Positions 1-9,658 of a stretch of DNA of 64,000 nucleotides are shown piece by piece. The DNA is from Escherichia phage LorandFenyves_Bas91, in the sequence record PQ850614.1, one strand, 5' to 3'. The stretch's first letter is position 1, and every line of letters begins with the position of its first letter. The translations under genes were made by a program, and so were the position numbers. The notes under the pieces were generated by a model. The model ran no database searches, was not told the origin of the DNA, and saw nothing but the letters and a program-made list of their open reading frames with translations.

Positions 1-75
1 CTTGACACTATGCAGGTTGTTCAGAATTTGCTGAAGCGTGTAGAAGAGTTAGAAGCTCAACTGGCTGCTAAGTAA
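1..75 (+). CDS. 3' end of an upstream late-strand CDS (partial), heptad-like C-terminus
   Basis: Frame 1 is open from the window edge to TAA at 73-75 (...VVQNLLKRVEELEAQLAAK*). A hairpin terminator follows. Confidence 0.5.
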   Translation, partial: LDTMQVVQNLLKRVEELEAQLAAK

Positions 76-81
76 AGGATT

Positions 82-99
82 GCCCCTTCGGGGGCTTTT
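82..99 (+). terminator. intrinsic terminator
   Basis: GCCCC-ttcg-GGGGC stem-loop followed by TTTT. Confidence 0.6.
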
Positions 100-169
100 A
101 GAAGTTAAACTAGTGAATAGGTAATGAAACTAATATATCCCAAGAGGTTAATATATAGGAGACACTCAA

Positions 170-388
170 ATGAAAATGATGAAACAAGCTGCATATGGTT
201 TAATCTGTTTAGGTGCAGGTGTTGTGGTGTCAACCGCAGTTCCTGTAAGCGCAGTTCATCCACTAGTAACTGTCCCTGCTCCAGTAGAGAAGCTTAGCTC
301 TCAATGCAAGCAGAGAACAATTCAAAATAACCTAGTTGTTATTTGTCCTGATGCTGAATCTAACGCTCTAAGAAAGATACTACCTTAA
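170..388 (+). CDS. small membrane/secreted protein upstream of the endolysin (possible holin or signal-peptide protein)
   Basis: 72-aa ORF with AGGAGA RBS. N-terminal hydrophobic run AAYGLICLGAGVVVSTAVPVSA. Sits directly 5' of the lysozyme gene. Confidence 0.55.
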   Translation: MKMMKQAAYGLICLGAGVVVSTAVPVSAVHPLVTVPAPVEKLSSQCKQRTIQNNLVVICPDAESNALRKILP

Positions 389-417
389 TTTAAAGGGACC
401 ACAAAAGGAGGTTAGAA

Positions 418-909
418 ATGGATAACGTCGCATTGCCACCTGTACAATTAAACTTAAGCCCAGCTGGAATGGAATTCATCATGAAGCATGAGGGTATGAG
501 AACAAAGGCTTATAAAGATTCCGCAGGTATCTGGACTATATGTGTAGGGGCTACGCGCGATATGAATGGTTATCCGGTTAGACAAGGATTAACGTATTCT
601 ATAGAGGATTGTCTAGCTCTGCTAGATAGAGACACACAAGACTCTGTTCGTGCTACTCAGAAGAACATAAAGGTTCCTTTACTAGTTCATGAGTTTGATG
701 CACTCACTTCTTTCAACTTCAACGTTGGCAGTGGTGCTTTGAGCACATCTAAGTTAAGGAAAGTAATCAATGGAGATGTTAAGGGAGACGTTTATTCCGA
801 ATTTCTTCGTTGGGATAAAATAACGGTCAAGGGAGAGAAGCAGAGAAGTCAGGGTCTTCATAATAGAAGAGTTGCAGAAGCTAATCTTTACACCGAAGGT
901 AAATATTAA
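418..909 (+). CDS. endolysin, GH24 (T4/P22-type) lysozyme
   Basis: Core motif HEGMRTKAYKDSAGIWTICVG (catalytic Glu, Asp and Thr in the spacing typical of phage lysozymes). AAAGGAGG RBS. Confidence 0.9.
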   Translation: MDNVALPPVQLNLSPAGMEFIMKHEGMRTKAYKDSAGIWTICVGATRDMNGYPVRQGLTYSIEDCLALLDRDTQDSVRATQKNIKVPLLVHEFDALTSFNFNVGSGALSTSKLRKVINGDVKGDVYSEFLRWDKITVKGEKQRSQGLHNRRVAEANLYTEGKY

Positions 910-921
910 TGGAGGTGCCTT

Positions 922-1725
922 TTGGCTATCGAAACTAATGCGGTAGTTATTACCGATTTAAACCCACTCTATCCTAGAGACAGGGATTACATCTACGAGG
1001 GGGCGGCTCAAATCCGCCTCATTAAACAAACATTACAGAATACATTCCCCAATGTTACAGAACCAGTTGATATTGATTCTGACACCTTTAAGATTATGTC
1101 AGAGAAGCTCAAGTTTACTGGTGATGCAATGGATGTTGGTGGTCTTATGATCAAGAACGTTACTCCTGGAACTGGCGACAAGGACGTTGTTACTAAAGGC
1201 CAGATGGAAGCGTTCATGAAGAACTGGATGGAGAATAAGCTCTATCGAATTGGTTCTTACTACATCACTGAAGAAGATATTAACCCCGGTGATTCTATCT
1301 CCTTAGGGTTTGGTTCTTGGGCTAAAGTGACTGGTGTCATTATGGGTACTGGTGTAGTAAACCCTGATGGTTCTGTCCCTAATGCTCAGAGAGTTGAGTT
1401 CCAAGCAGGTGGTACTGGTGGTCGTGTCTTCAACACCATTCGAACAGAGAACGTACCTTTGATGACAGTTAATGGCTCCAGCTTCTCCTTATCCAGTAAC
1501 ACCCACAGCCACAATATGGTATTTGGTCGTGGAGATGCTAGTGGTCATAACAGCTCGCCAAACTGGTATAGCCCGGGTGGTGGTTACAGCCAGAGAACTG
1601 ATAATGACACACATACTCATACAATCTCTGGTAGTGTAAGTCTTGGTCGTGATGATATCTCTCGTCAACCTATTAACACTTTGCCACCATTCAGAGCAGC
1701 TCACATTTGGAGACGTATTAGCTAA
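922..1725 (+). CDS. tail fibre-like structural protein (TTG start)
   Basis: GGAGGTG Shine-Dalgarno 5 nt before TTG. Fibre-like N-terminus (AIETNAVVITDLNPLYP...AAQIRLIKQTLQNTFPNV). His-x-His clusters (SNTHSHN, DTHTHT) like metal-binding fibre tips. Confidence 0.7.
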   Translation: MAIETNAVVITDLNPLYPRDRDYIYEGAAQIRLIKQTLQNTFPNVTEPVDIDSDTFKIMSEKLKFTGDAMDVGGLMIKNVTPGTGDKDVVTKGQMEAFMKNWMENKLYRIGSYYITEEDINPGDSISLGFGSWAKVTGVIMGTGVVNPDGSVPNAQRVEFQAGGTGGRVFNTIRTENVPLMTVNGSSFSLSSNTHSHNMVFGRGDASGHNSSPNWYSPGGGYSQRTDNDTHTHTISGSVSLGRDDISRQPINTLPPFRAAHIWRRIS

Positions 1726-1734
1726 GGAGGAATT

Positions 1735-4700
1735 ATGGCGCTGTATCCAATAAAGTCGCTAGGTGCTGTAGGCGTTATCGCTGATCAGGCTCCGACAGAC
1801 TTAGCTCCTAATGCTTTCACTAATGCTATAAATGCTCGATTTGTTGAGCAGAGAGTATTTAAGACGGGGGGCAATGCCCCTCTTTCTTATGTAGACGAAG
1901 ATAAGGATTTAACCCCTCTGTCTTTCGTTTCTATGCCTTTCGATTATTATAGCGCAGGTAATAGCTTTCTTGTTGTAGGTACAGATAAGAAGTTATATAA
2001 ACTGACAGATGAAAGCTTGACTGATATTAGCCGTAAGGTTGCTACAGTCACCAAGAAGGCTTCTGCCTCAATTAAGATTTATCCAGTTGTTTCTCAGATC
2101 GTTCCTAAAGAATCAACTATCTCAATGAACTTCAATCAGACCAAGAATCTAGAGGTTTCTCTTCTCCCTGCCGATGCTAACAATACTGATCTTATTTGGG
2201 AGGTTAGTAATTCATCCTATGGAAGTGTTACGGTAGACCCTAGTGACTCCAAACTTGCTACTCTAACATCTTTTGAGAAAGAGGGTAATCTTGTAGTAAC
2301 TATCTCTACTGCCAATGAATCCGTAGTGGCTCAGATTGCTGTTAATATCATCGATGGTGATTCAGGCATCTTCTTGAGTCAAGATACTGTTACAATTCGT
2401 AAAGGAGGGACTACTACTCTCACGGCTGTTACTGGCAAAACCCCTGTAACTTGGTCCAGCAATAACGCTTCTATTGTATCTGTAACCCCTAACGCCAACT
2501 CTTTAACTGCTGTCATTACAGCGAATGGAGAAGGTAATGTAACAATCACTGCTGATAACGGGACTAAGACTGCTTCTTGTGAGATTGTTTCTATCCCTCA
2601 GATTGATAGTATCTCTTTAAGCCAGTCAGATGTTACTGTGAGTAGAGGTTCTCAGTATATTTTAACTGCCACCCTTTCTCCTGCTAACGCCCCTAATCAA
2701 AACATTACTTGGACCTCTTCTAACCCAAATATTGCAACAGTATCAGGGACTAGCACACAAGGGACAGTAAATGCTTTACTTGCTGGCTTTACTGAGATTA
2801 CAGCTACCACTGAAGAAGGTAATAGAGTTGCTGTCTGTACTGTACGTGTAGATTTAGCTGGAAGGACAATGAGAACAAGTGCTATGGCATTTGCTGCTCC
2901 TGTATCAGAGTCGGTAGAAACTCAAGATGAGGAAGTAGTAACTCCTCCTGAAAGTGAGGAAGTTGTTTATTTTGCTGAGCCTACATCTGGTATAGATACG
3001 TCAGGGATGTATGAAGGTAATAACTTCTATGACTACTCTAACGTGAATGATATTGAAGGTTTTGCAAGAGCTTCTTTACTGGCAACCCCTTTGTCATCTG
3101 TAACCTTAGATATTGTCAGCGCTTCTCTTGATGTTGGTGAAGAGATTGTCATTACAGCCACAGCTTCTCCAGAAGGTGAGTACTCTTATCAGTGGTCTGT
3201 TGATAAAACTGGTTATGTTTCTACAACTTCAGTTACTGGTAAATCTATCAAACTGGTTGCTCTTCGTAAAGGAGATATTAACGTAACATGTACTGTCAGT
3301 CAGATGACTCAGAAAGATTACGATGCTTTTGATGACTATCCTTGGTATCACGCTGTTATCTCTAACTGTGCAGTTGCTACAACTCACTATGAAACTCCTC
3401 AGGTAAAAGAATTCGAATCAGAATACTTTGTAGACCTTCCGGGGTGGGGTGAGCAAACAGTTGTTGATAATGATGGAAACCCTTCAGTCAAGAAGTTTAA
3501 CTGGAAATGTGAGAGAGTGAGATCTTTTAACAACCGTCTTTTTGCCCTGAATATGAGAGAGGCTAATGCTTCTGGTGTTACCACTAACTACCCGCTTCGT
3601 CTTCGTTGGTCTAACTTTGCCAATGAGAACAAGGCTCCTACACTGTGGGATGATTTTGCTTACGATCGTGTTGTGTCTTCGGACTTAGCTTCTAACATCG
3701 TAGGGCAGACTCAGGCTCTAGAGAATGGATATGCTGGTTACATTGATTTAGCTGACTCTAACGGCAGCTTGATTGATATCCTACCTCTTAAAGATTACTT
3801 GTTCGTTTATACAGAGTTTGAAACGTATATAGGTTCTCCGACTAATAACACGTACCAACCTCTAATGTTCAAGAAGCTCTTTAATGACTCTGGTATCCTT
3901 GCTCCTGAGTGTGTGGTTGAAGTAGAAGGTAGTCACTTCGTAGTTACTCAGAACGATGTAATCTTACACAATGGTGCAACCAAGAAGTCAATTGCATCTA
4001 ACCGTGTCAAGAACATGTTGATTAACGAGGTGTGTCTGGTTAACCCTCTAGCAACTCGAGTACACTTGCATCAGGATAAGAAAGAAGTTTGGGTTCTGTA
4101 CGTAGGTCCGGGAGAACCAAAAGAAAGCTTCGCTTGTACTAAAGCTGCTGTATGGAATTATGAGTTTGATACTTGGTCTTTCCGTACTATTCCATATGCT
4201 CAGTGTATCGGTCTTGTTGATCCTCCTGTTTTAGAAAGAGGTCCAATCTGGTCTGACTTCCAAGAAATCACTTGGGATGACCCATCTATTAAAGAACTTG
4301 TTTGGAGAAAGGATGCAACAAACTTCAGACAGAGGGTTACGATAGTAGGTTCGTTCTTGAGGGGATTCTATCAGGTGGATGTAGGTGCTCTTGACTATTT
4401 CTATGACAGGCTAAACGATGTTGTTATAGAGAAGCCTCTGGAAATGAGGTTGGAGAGGACTGGTATAGATTTTGATAATGTGACTAATGAGTGGAATCAG
4501 AAGCATATTAACAGGTTCCGGCCTCAGACAACCGGTTCAGGTATTTACATATTTGAAGCTGGTGGTAGTCAATTCTCAAATGAATATGGACACCCACACA
4601 CATCGAAGACTTATACAATTGGTGTTGACAGGCATGTCTCGGTGAGACTGAACCATCCATACCTTTTCTATAATGTTATAGATAATGATGTTAACAGTAA

Positions 4701-4752
4701 TGCTGCTATCAATGGTTTAACGATAGAGTTTGCTGTTGGCGGGCGGAGATAA
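1735..4752 (+). CDS. large tail protein with tandem bacterial Ig-like (Big_2-type) domains
   Basis: 1005 aa with AAGGAGG RBS. Several ~80-aa repeats of the pattern 'L..T..P.nA.n..ltW.SSN..iAtV...G.vtA...G...ItAt', typical of Big_2. The C-terminal ~500 aa is non-repetitive. Confidence 0.8.
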   Translation: MALYPIKSLGAVGVIADQAPTDLAPNAFTNAINARFVEQRVFKTGGNAPLSYVDEDKDLTPLSFVSMPFDYYSAGNSFLVVGTDKKLYKLTDESLTDISRKVATVTKKASASIKIYPVVSQIVPKESTISMNFNQTKNLEVSLLPADANNTDLIWEVSNSSYGSVTVDPSDSKLATLTSFEKEGNLVVTISTANESVVAQIAVNIIDGDSGIFLSQDTVTIRKGGTTTLTAVTGKTPVTWSSNNASIVSVTPNANSLTAVITANGEGNVTITADNGTKTASCEIVSIPQIDSISLSQSDVTVSRGSQYILTATLSPANAPNQNITWTSSNPNIATVSGTSTQGTVNALLAGFTEITATTEEGNRVAVCTVRVDLAGRTMRTSAMAFAAPVSESVETQDEEVVTPPESEEVVYFAEPTSGIDTSGMYEGNNFYDYSNVNDIEGFARASLLATPLSSVTLDIVSASLDVGEEIVITATASPEGEYSYQWSVDKTGYVSTTSVTGKSIKLVALRKGDINVTCTVSQMTQKDYDAFDDYPWYHAVISNCAVATTHYETPQVKEFESEYFVDLPGWGEQTVVDNDGNPSVKKFNWKCERVRSFNNRLFALNMREANASGVTTNYPLRLRWSNFANENKAPTLWDDFAYDRVVSSDLASNIVGQTQALENGYAGYIDLADSNGSLIDILPLKDYLFVYTEFETYIGSPTNNTYQPLMFKKLFNDSGILAPECVVEVEGSHFVVTQNDVILHNGATKKSIASNRVKNMLINEVCLVNPLATRVHLHQDKKEVWVLYVGPGEPKESFACTKAAVWNYEFDTWSFRTIPYAQCIGLVDPPVLERGPIWSDFQEITWDDPSIKELVWRKDATNFRQRVTIVGSFLRGFYQVDVGALDYFYDRLNDVVIEKPLEMRLERTGIDFDNVTNEWNQKHINRFRPQTTGSGIYIFEAGGSQFSNEYGHPHTSKTYTIGVDRHVSVRLNHPYLFYNVIDNDVNSNAAINGLTIEFAVGGRR

Positions 4753-4757
4753 CAACA

Positions 4758-4785
4758 AGGGGCTTCGTGCCCCTTTTATTGTTTT
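4758..4785 (+). terminator. hairpin plus T-run inside the late operon
   Basis: GGGGC-ttcgt-GCCCC followed by TTTT ATT GTTTT, between the 1005-aa gene stop and the next RBS. Confidence 0.5.
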
Positions 4786-4795
4786 GGAGGAACTT

Positions 4796-5764
4796 ATGGG
4801 TGCAGGTGGTTTTCGTAAGAATACTGGTCGCAACAACACCACACTCCCGTACAACGTTGGGTTTCTCAATAATGTACAGGACACAGAAACATATAACGTA
4901 GCCGTGTATGATGAATTACAAAAAGTTAGCACAGCTACTAACCAAATGTTCCAAGCTATAGATGAAATTCACGAAGAGATTGATGTTCGTATTAAAGCTC
5001 TTAATGCAATGAATCTACAATTTGATGAGCTTGAGAATAGAATTACTACAGAGATAGAAACAGCTATTGCAGATATCCAAACACAGATGGGGAATCTCTC
5101 CACTGAAGATATTTGGGATAATTCTGTTCAACCTCCTGTAAAATTAGAAAGCACTGTATCTGGCTTTAAAACAAGTATTGAGGGTAACACAACTAAGATT
5201 CAAACGGTAGAAGGTATTGTCAATGACCAAGGTCAAGAGATTGCTTTAGTTCAGACAGAGATTCAAAATATTAATGGAAGCCTATCTCAGTATATGAAGC
5301 TCTCTGAGTATGAAGCTACGTGGGGTGTTAACTCTACAGTAAACGGAAGATATGCTGGGGTCAAGTTAACTAACAACGGAACAAACAGTCAATTCCAAGT
5401 AACAGCTAACAAGTTTATTGTTGGTGATGGCAGCTCTGGTAACACACCTTTTGTGTTTGAGGGTGGTAGGGCTAGAATGGAATTCGCTGACATAAAGAAC
5501 GTCAATATCACAACAGCTCAGATTGCTAACGCTAGAATCCAATGGGCACAGATCGATAACGTATCCATCTCCAATGCTCAGATTCAGAACTTGTCAGCGG
5601 ATAAGATTACTGCTGGCTCTATGTGGGGTTCTAACTGGAGACTTACTGTTGGTGGGGACTTTGTTATGGGTGGCACAGGTGGGGCACAATTGTGGATGAA
5701 TGGTAACAGAATAGACTTCTACGATGGAAGTGGTGCTCTGAGAATCAGGATAGGGAGTTGGTAA
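4796..5764 (+). CDS. tail fibre / host-specificity protein (lambda J C-terminal-like segment)
   Basis: Start moved from the track's 4730 to ATG 4796 (GGAGGA RBS, downstream of the terminator hairpin). N-terminal coiled coil. Segment 'FQVTANKFIVGD...PFVFEGGRARMEFADIKNVNITTAQIANARIQWAQIDNVSISNAQI' resembles host-specificity fibre tips. Confidence 0.75.
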   Translation: MGAGGFRKNTGRNNTTLPYNVGFLNNVQDTETYNVAVYDELQKVSTATNQMFQAIDEIHEEIDVRIKALNAMNLQFDELENRITTEIETAIADIQTQMGNLSTEDIWDNSVQPPVKLESTVSGFKTSIEGNTTKIQTVEGIVNDQGQEIALVQTEIQNINGSLSQYMKLSEYEATWGVNSTVNGRYAGVKLTNNGTNSQFQVTANKFIVGDGSSGNTPFVFEGGRARMEFADIKNVNITTAQIANARIQWAQIDNVSISNAQIQNLSADKITAGSMWGSNWRLTVGGDFVMGGTGGAQLWMNGNRIDFYDGSGALRIRIGSW

Positions 5765-5765
5765 T

Positions 5766-6797
5766 ATGGCATACGGAATATGGACACAACCAGTAGGGCC
5801 GGGGCCAGCAACCCCCGCTCCCTTATTTATTGATAGCGGAAGCACTTTCCCTCAGTTCAAGAATAGTATAAGAGGGAGTTTTAACTTTAATGGGGCTGGG
5901 AGATCTTTCCCTATTAGTGGATGGGATGGCAGTGGTCAGATAGTTATTGTTCCTACCGGTTCTTTATGCTGGCAATGGGAAGTCCCTCCTAACCTAGTTC
6001 CTGATGTTTATTGTGTGAATAATATCTACGTAGAAAACAGTTCCTCTTTTAGAGTTACTCTGAATCAGAACCCCGGCAGTAACCCCTTATTTGACTGTGG
6101 GTTCAACGTATATCAAATATGGCCTAGAGCGGATAGGAATTACGGAATTACCTTTTCTAACACAGCAGACTACTTCTCGATATCTGATAGTGGGGTCGTC
6201 GGTCAATGTATTTGGGCTTGGCAGGGGACCATAAACAATGCCCTTCAGATACCAAATATCGGTGGGTTCAATATGACCAATGCTGTTGTGTTTGCTAATT
6301 GGTCTGATGGAGGGATAGGACTATCTTATACCTCTGATGACAGGGTTATTCGTGTTTATCAGAACAGACCTTACATAAACGGCAACACTAACGAGGGTGG
6401 TTCTGTGTTTGCTAGAGTTGCAGTATTCTGCAATGGAGCAGGAGTTCCGGAACATAATGGAGGTTTGAATATTTATTCTCCGGGTACCACGCAATGTGTC
6501 TTCTCTACTAACAGAACACCTTTCACTGTGGATACTTTTATAGGCTCAGGAGGCGGTAACACTGGAATGGCATACCCTATGATACCTCTTACCTCTGGAA
6601 TAGGTGCGATAAAAGGCCAAGGCAGTGGATGGAGATATCAGCAAATGAGATCTCACACCATGAGTGGTTCTACGATAGGAACGGGCTATGGAAGGTATTT
6701 ATTTCAGTGGGATCAGAATTACGACCTAGGAGCTGATACTGTAGTTAATTTATCAGTTCCTGTAATAAATGCAGCTAAGGTTTTTGCTGGACTATAA
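5766..6797 (+). CDS. structural protein, possibly distal fibre/receptor-binding; function unknown
   Basis: 343-aa ORF abutting the fibre gene with GGGAG RBS. Gly/Asn/Ser-rich, beta-type composition. Confidence 0.6.
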   Translation: MAYGIWTQPVGPGPATPAPLFIDSGSTFPQFKNSIRGSFNFNGAGRSFPISGWDGSGQIVIVPTGSLCWQWEVPPNLVPDVYCVNNIYVENSSSFRVTLNQNPGSNPLFDCGFNVYQIWPRADRNYGITFSNTADYFSISDSGVVGQCIWAWQGTINNALQIPNIGGFNMTNAVVFANWSDGGIGLSYTSDDRVIRVYQNRPYINGNTNEGGSVFARVAVFCNGAGVPEHNGGLNIYSPGTTQCVFSTNRTPFTVDTFIGSGGGNTGMAYPMIPLTSGIGAIKGQGSGWRYQQMRSHTMSGSTIGTGYGRYLFQWDQNYDLGADTVVNLSVPVINAAKVFAGL

Positions 6798-6809
6798 CAA
6801 GGAGATATT

Positions 6810-7592
6810 ATGGCAATTAAGATGGGTATTGAAGAACTAGACCCAATGGTTCAACAGGCTTCAAAGAAGTATGGGATTCCTGCTGCTTTGATTCATGCTG
6901 TAATCCAAAGAGAGTCTAGTGGTCGTCCTACAGTAGCCTCTGGAACTGGTCCTGTAGGCTTAATGCAGATCAGTAAAGGGTTGGCTAAAGACTACGGTTA
7001 CAAACTAGAAGACAGACTTGACCCAGCAAAGAATATTGATATGGGTGCTCGTTATATTCGAGATAACTTAAAGGCTTTTAATGGTGATGTTAAGAAAGCA
7101 ATGGTTGGTTATTCAGAAGGTATTGGTGGAGCTAAGCAAATGTTCGCTGGTAAAAAGGGATTTACACCTCAAGCCCTTGACTCAATGAACAACAAACACT
7201 TTCTTCCTTTCTATGGTGATGCAGCTTCTCAGATTGCTAACCCTATCGGAGCTTTGCAAGCTGTTCAACCAGTTAACCAATTTAGTCCGGATATTCTTGA
7301 TAGAGAGAAGGCTTCTCAAGCTCCAACTCAGGCAGAAATTGCTGCTTCTAAGACTGGTGCTTTAGGTGGTAATCCAGTAGAGTTTTACTCTGATGGGGCA
7401 CAAGAAGGGGAAGATCAGAAGCCTCAGCAGAACTTTGGTAATGCAGTATTAGGGGTAGCTGCTATGCTTGCTGGTAAACCTCCCACCTCTCAAACAGTTC
7501 AGAGGGCAAGTGCACCACATGCAGCAGGTTCTCAGTACAGCCCACAAACACAAGCAGTGCTCCGACGTCTGGCTAGCATTGGTATAAAGTAA
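6810..7592 (+). CDS. virion-associated lytic transglycosylase (SLT domain)
   Basis: SLT motifs IQRESSGRP ... GLMQIS ... Y in the N-terminal half. Confidence 0.85.
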   Translation: MAIKMGIEELDPMVQQASKKYGIPAALIHAVIQRESSGRPTVASGTGPVGLMQISKGLAKDYGYKLEDRLDPAKNIDMGARYIRDNLKAFNGDVKKAMVGYSEGIGGAKQMFAGKKGFTPQALDSMNNKHFLPFYGDAASQIANPIGALQAVQPVNQFSPDILDREKASQAPTQAEIAASKTGALGGNPVEFYSDGAQEGEDQKPQQNFGNAVLGVAAMLAGKPPTSQTVQRASAPHAAGSQYSPQTQAVLRRLASIGIK

Positions 7593-7611
7593 TAATCTTT
7601 AAGGAGGACTT

Positions 7612-8664
7612 ATGTCTTTATTTGGAAAATCAGCTTCTAGCAAAACCACAGTGGCCCCTTCCTCTCAGGTTGATGCCCTGCTGAAGCAGATTGTTGCTAA
7701 TGCTCAGAATATGCAGAACAACGATCCGGGATTCATCTCCCAACAGCTGGCTGGGTTTAATGGCAATCAACAAGGCGCTCTGAACAACTTAGCAGCTTCT
7801 ACTACTCAGAAGCAATTGGCTGATATGTACACGCCTCGTACACAGCAAGGGTTGGACCAATTAAACTCTCTTGCACAGCAGTATCAGAATATTGTCAACG
7901 GTGGTGGTCTAACTGCTGATGGTGTTAATAACTTCAGTAAAGGATTGAATAACTCAGCTCTTGCTCAAGCGACTAGTAAGGCAGCTTCCAATGTATCTCT
8001 AGGAAATGGTTCTGATTCAGGCTCTCTCCGTAGAGCTGCTGCTCAAGGTGCTGCTCTGAACAGTGCTAACACTAACCTAGCTCGTACTATTAGTGGCAAG
8101 AATATGGGAATCAGTGCTCTTCAACAAGACCAAAACTTCCAGAGGGGATTGCTTGGTGCTCAGTCAGGATTGGCTGGACAGAATCTCAACCTTGGTGCTC
8201 AAGGTGTTCAGGCAACCCAACAAGCTATCCAGAATCAACTCATGGCTGGTAATCTACAACAGCAACAAGCCCAAGCTCAAGCTGATATTAATTGGCAGAA
8301 TGCTATTGGCTCTCAACAGTATGGGTGGAATCAGCTTAACAACCAACTTAATGTATTAAATAGTGTAAGCCCAATGGCTGGGTACACGATTAAGAATGCT
8401 GCTCCGGGGGTTAATACTGGACAACAGCTCCTAGGTGCTGGTATCACTGGATTAGGTATTGCAGGGCGTATGGGTGCTTTCTCTCCTAATCAACAGACTC
8501 AGAATGCTTGGAGTTCCTATAACAACTCAGGTGGGCAATCTGGAATGGCTGGCCCTATGATTGGAGGTTCTAATCTTTCTCAACAGAGAGGTCAGTCTAA
8601 CTGGTTATCCACAGCAGGTAGTAATATCTTAGGTGGTGTTTTAGGGGCATTTGGAGCAAACTAA
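7612..8664 (+). CDS. Q/N/G-rich internal virion protein (paralog A)
   Basis: 350 aa with AAGGAGG RBS. N-terminus MSLFGKSASSKTT...GFNGNQQGALNNLA is homologous to the next gene. Low-complexity Q/N/G body. Confidence 0.7.
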   Translation: MSLFGKSASSKTTVAPSSQVDALLKQIVANAQNMQNNDPGFISQQLAGFNGNQQGALNNLAASTTQKQLADMYTPRTQQGLDQLNSLAQQYQNIVNGGGLTADGVNNFSKGLNNSALAQATSKAASNVSLGNGSDSGSLRRAAAQGAALNSANTNLARTISGKNMGISALQQDQNFQRGLLGAQSGLAGQNLNLGAQGVQATQQAIQNQLMAGNLQQQQAQAQADINWQNAIGSQQYGWNQLNNQLNVLNSVSPMAGYTIKNAAPGVNTGQQLLGAGITGLGIAGRMGAFSPNQQTQNAWSSYNNSGGQSGMAGPMIGGSNLSQQRGQSNWLSTAGSNILGGVLGAFGAN

Positions 8665-8676
8665 AGGAGATTTGAT

Positions 8677-9645
8677 ATGGGACTTTTCGGAGGAGGGGGT
8701 AGTAAAACTACTTCCCAAATGATTCGCCCTGAATACATTCAACAGTATATTGACCAGCTTAACCAGCAGATCGGTAATACTAGTTCAGGAGATTATGTTT
8801 ATCGAGATAATGTAGGGTTTAATAATAATCAGACAGAGGCACTTAATAACCTAGCACAATCTGGCGCTTTGGGCACGCTCTCACAGCAATATATGGATGC
8901 AGCAGGTCAAGGCTTGGGCTATCTAGATAATGCCTATAAAGGCTATCAGAGCCTCTCTGGACAAGGTGGGATTACTGGAGAACAGATTGGTGCTCTCGCT
9001 GGTCAACTGTATGATGATGACGCTGTGCAAGCAGCCATTACAGCTAATAATGAACAGGTTCAACAAAACTTGGCACGTAATGCTCTTCCTCAGTTAGCTC
9101 AACAGTTTGCTGGTCAACAAGGTTCAGGTGCTCGTATGGCTAAGTCTTTTGCCCAAGGCGATGCTCTGAATCAGATGCAGGGCCAAGCAACAGATATCAC
9201 CAATAGTGCCTATAACTCGGCTATTAGCCAAGCTGAAAGCATCCTCTCTGGTAATAGACAGAATCAGGCAGCTGCTCTCTCTGGTCTTTCTAATATTGGT
9301 TCTAACCTTTCTAACCTAGGTCAGCAGGGTGCTAATTTGTCTCAACAGCAAATAATGAATCAATGGAATGCAGGGTTGCAGCAACAACAGCAACAACAGA
9401 ATGAATATGATAATGCCTACCAGAATGCTCAGAACGCAGCTAATTGGGGATGGCAAGATATCAATAACCAACTCGGTGCAGCAGGTGTACTTAACGGTGC
9501 TCTCGGACAAACTACAACTACTAAAACATCTGGTGGCAAAGGTGGTTTCCTTGGTGGAGCTATGAGTGGTGCAGCAGCTGGCTCTTCCTTTGGACCTTGG
9601 GGTGCATTAGCTGGGGGTGTAATCGGTGGGTTGGCTAGTACTTAA
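8677..9645 (+). CDS. Q/N/G-rich internal virion protein (paralog B)
   Basis: 322 aa with AAGGAG RBS. N-terminus MGLFGGGGSKTT...GFNNNQTEALNNLA parallels 7612..8664. Contains a QQQQQQQ run and a Gly-rich hydrophobic C-terminus. Confidence 0.7.
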   Translation: MGLFGGGGSKTTSQMIRPEYIQQYIDQLNQQIGNTSSGDYVYRDNVGFNNNQTEALNNLAQSGALGTLSQQYMDAAGQGLGYLDNAYKGYQSLSGQGGITGEQIGALAGQLYDDDAVQAAITANNEQVQQNLARNALPQLAQQFAGQQGSGARMAKSFAQGDALNQMQGQATDITNSAYNSAISQAESILSGNRQNQAAALSGLSNIGSNLSNLGQQGANLSQQQIMNQWNAGLQQQQQQQNEYDNAYQNAQNAANWGWQDINNQLGAAGVLNGALGQTTTTKTSGGKGGFLGGAMSGAAAGSSFGPWGALAGGVIGGLAST

Positions 9646-9658
9646 TTAGGAGATAAAT

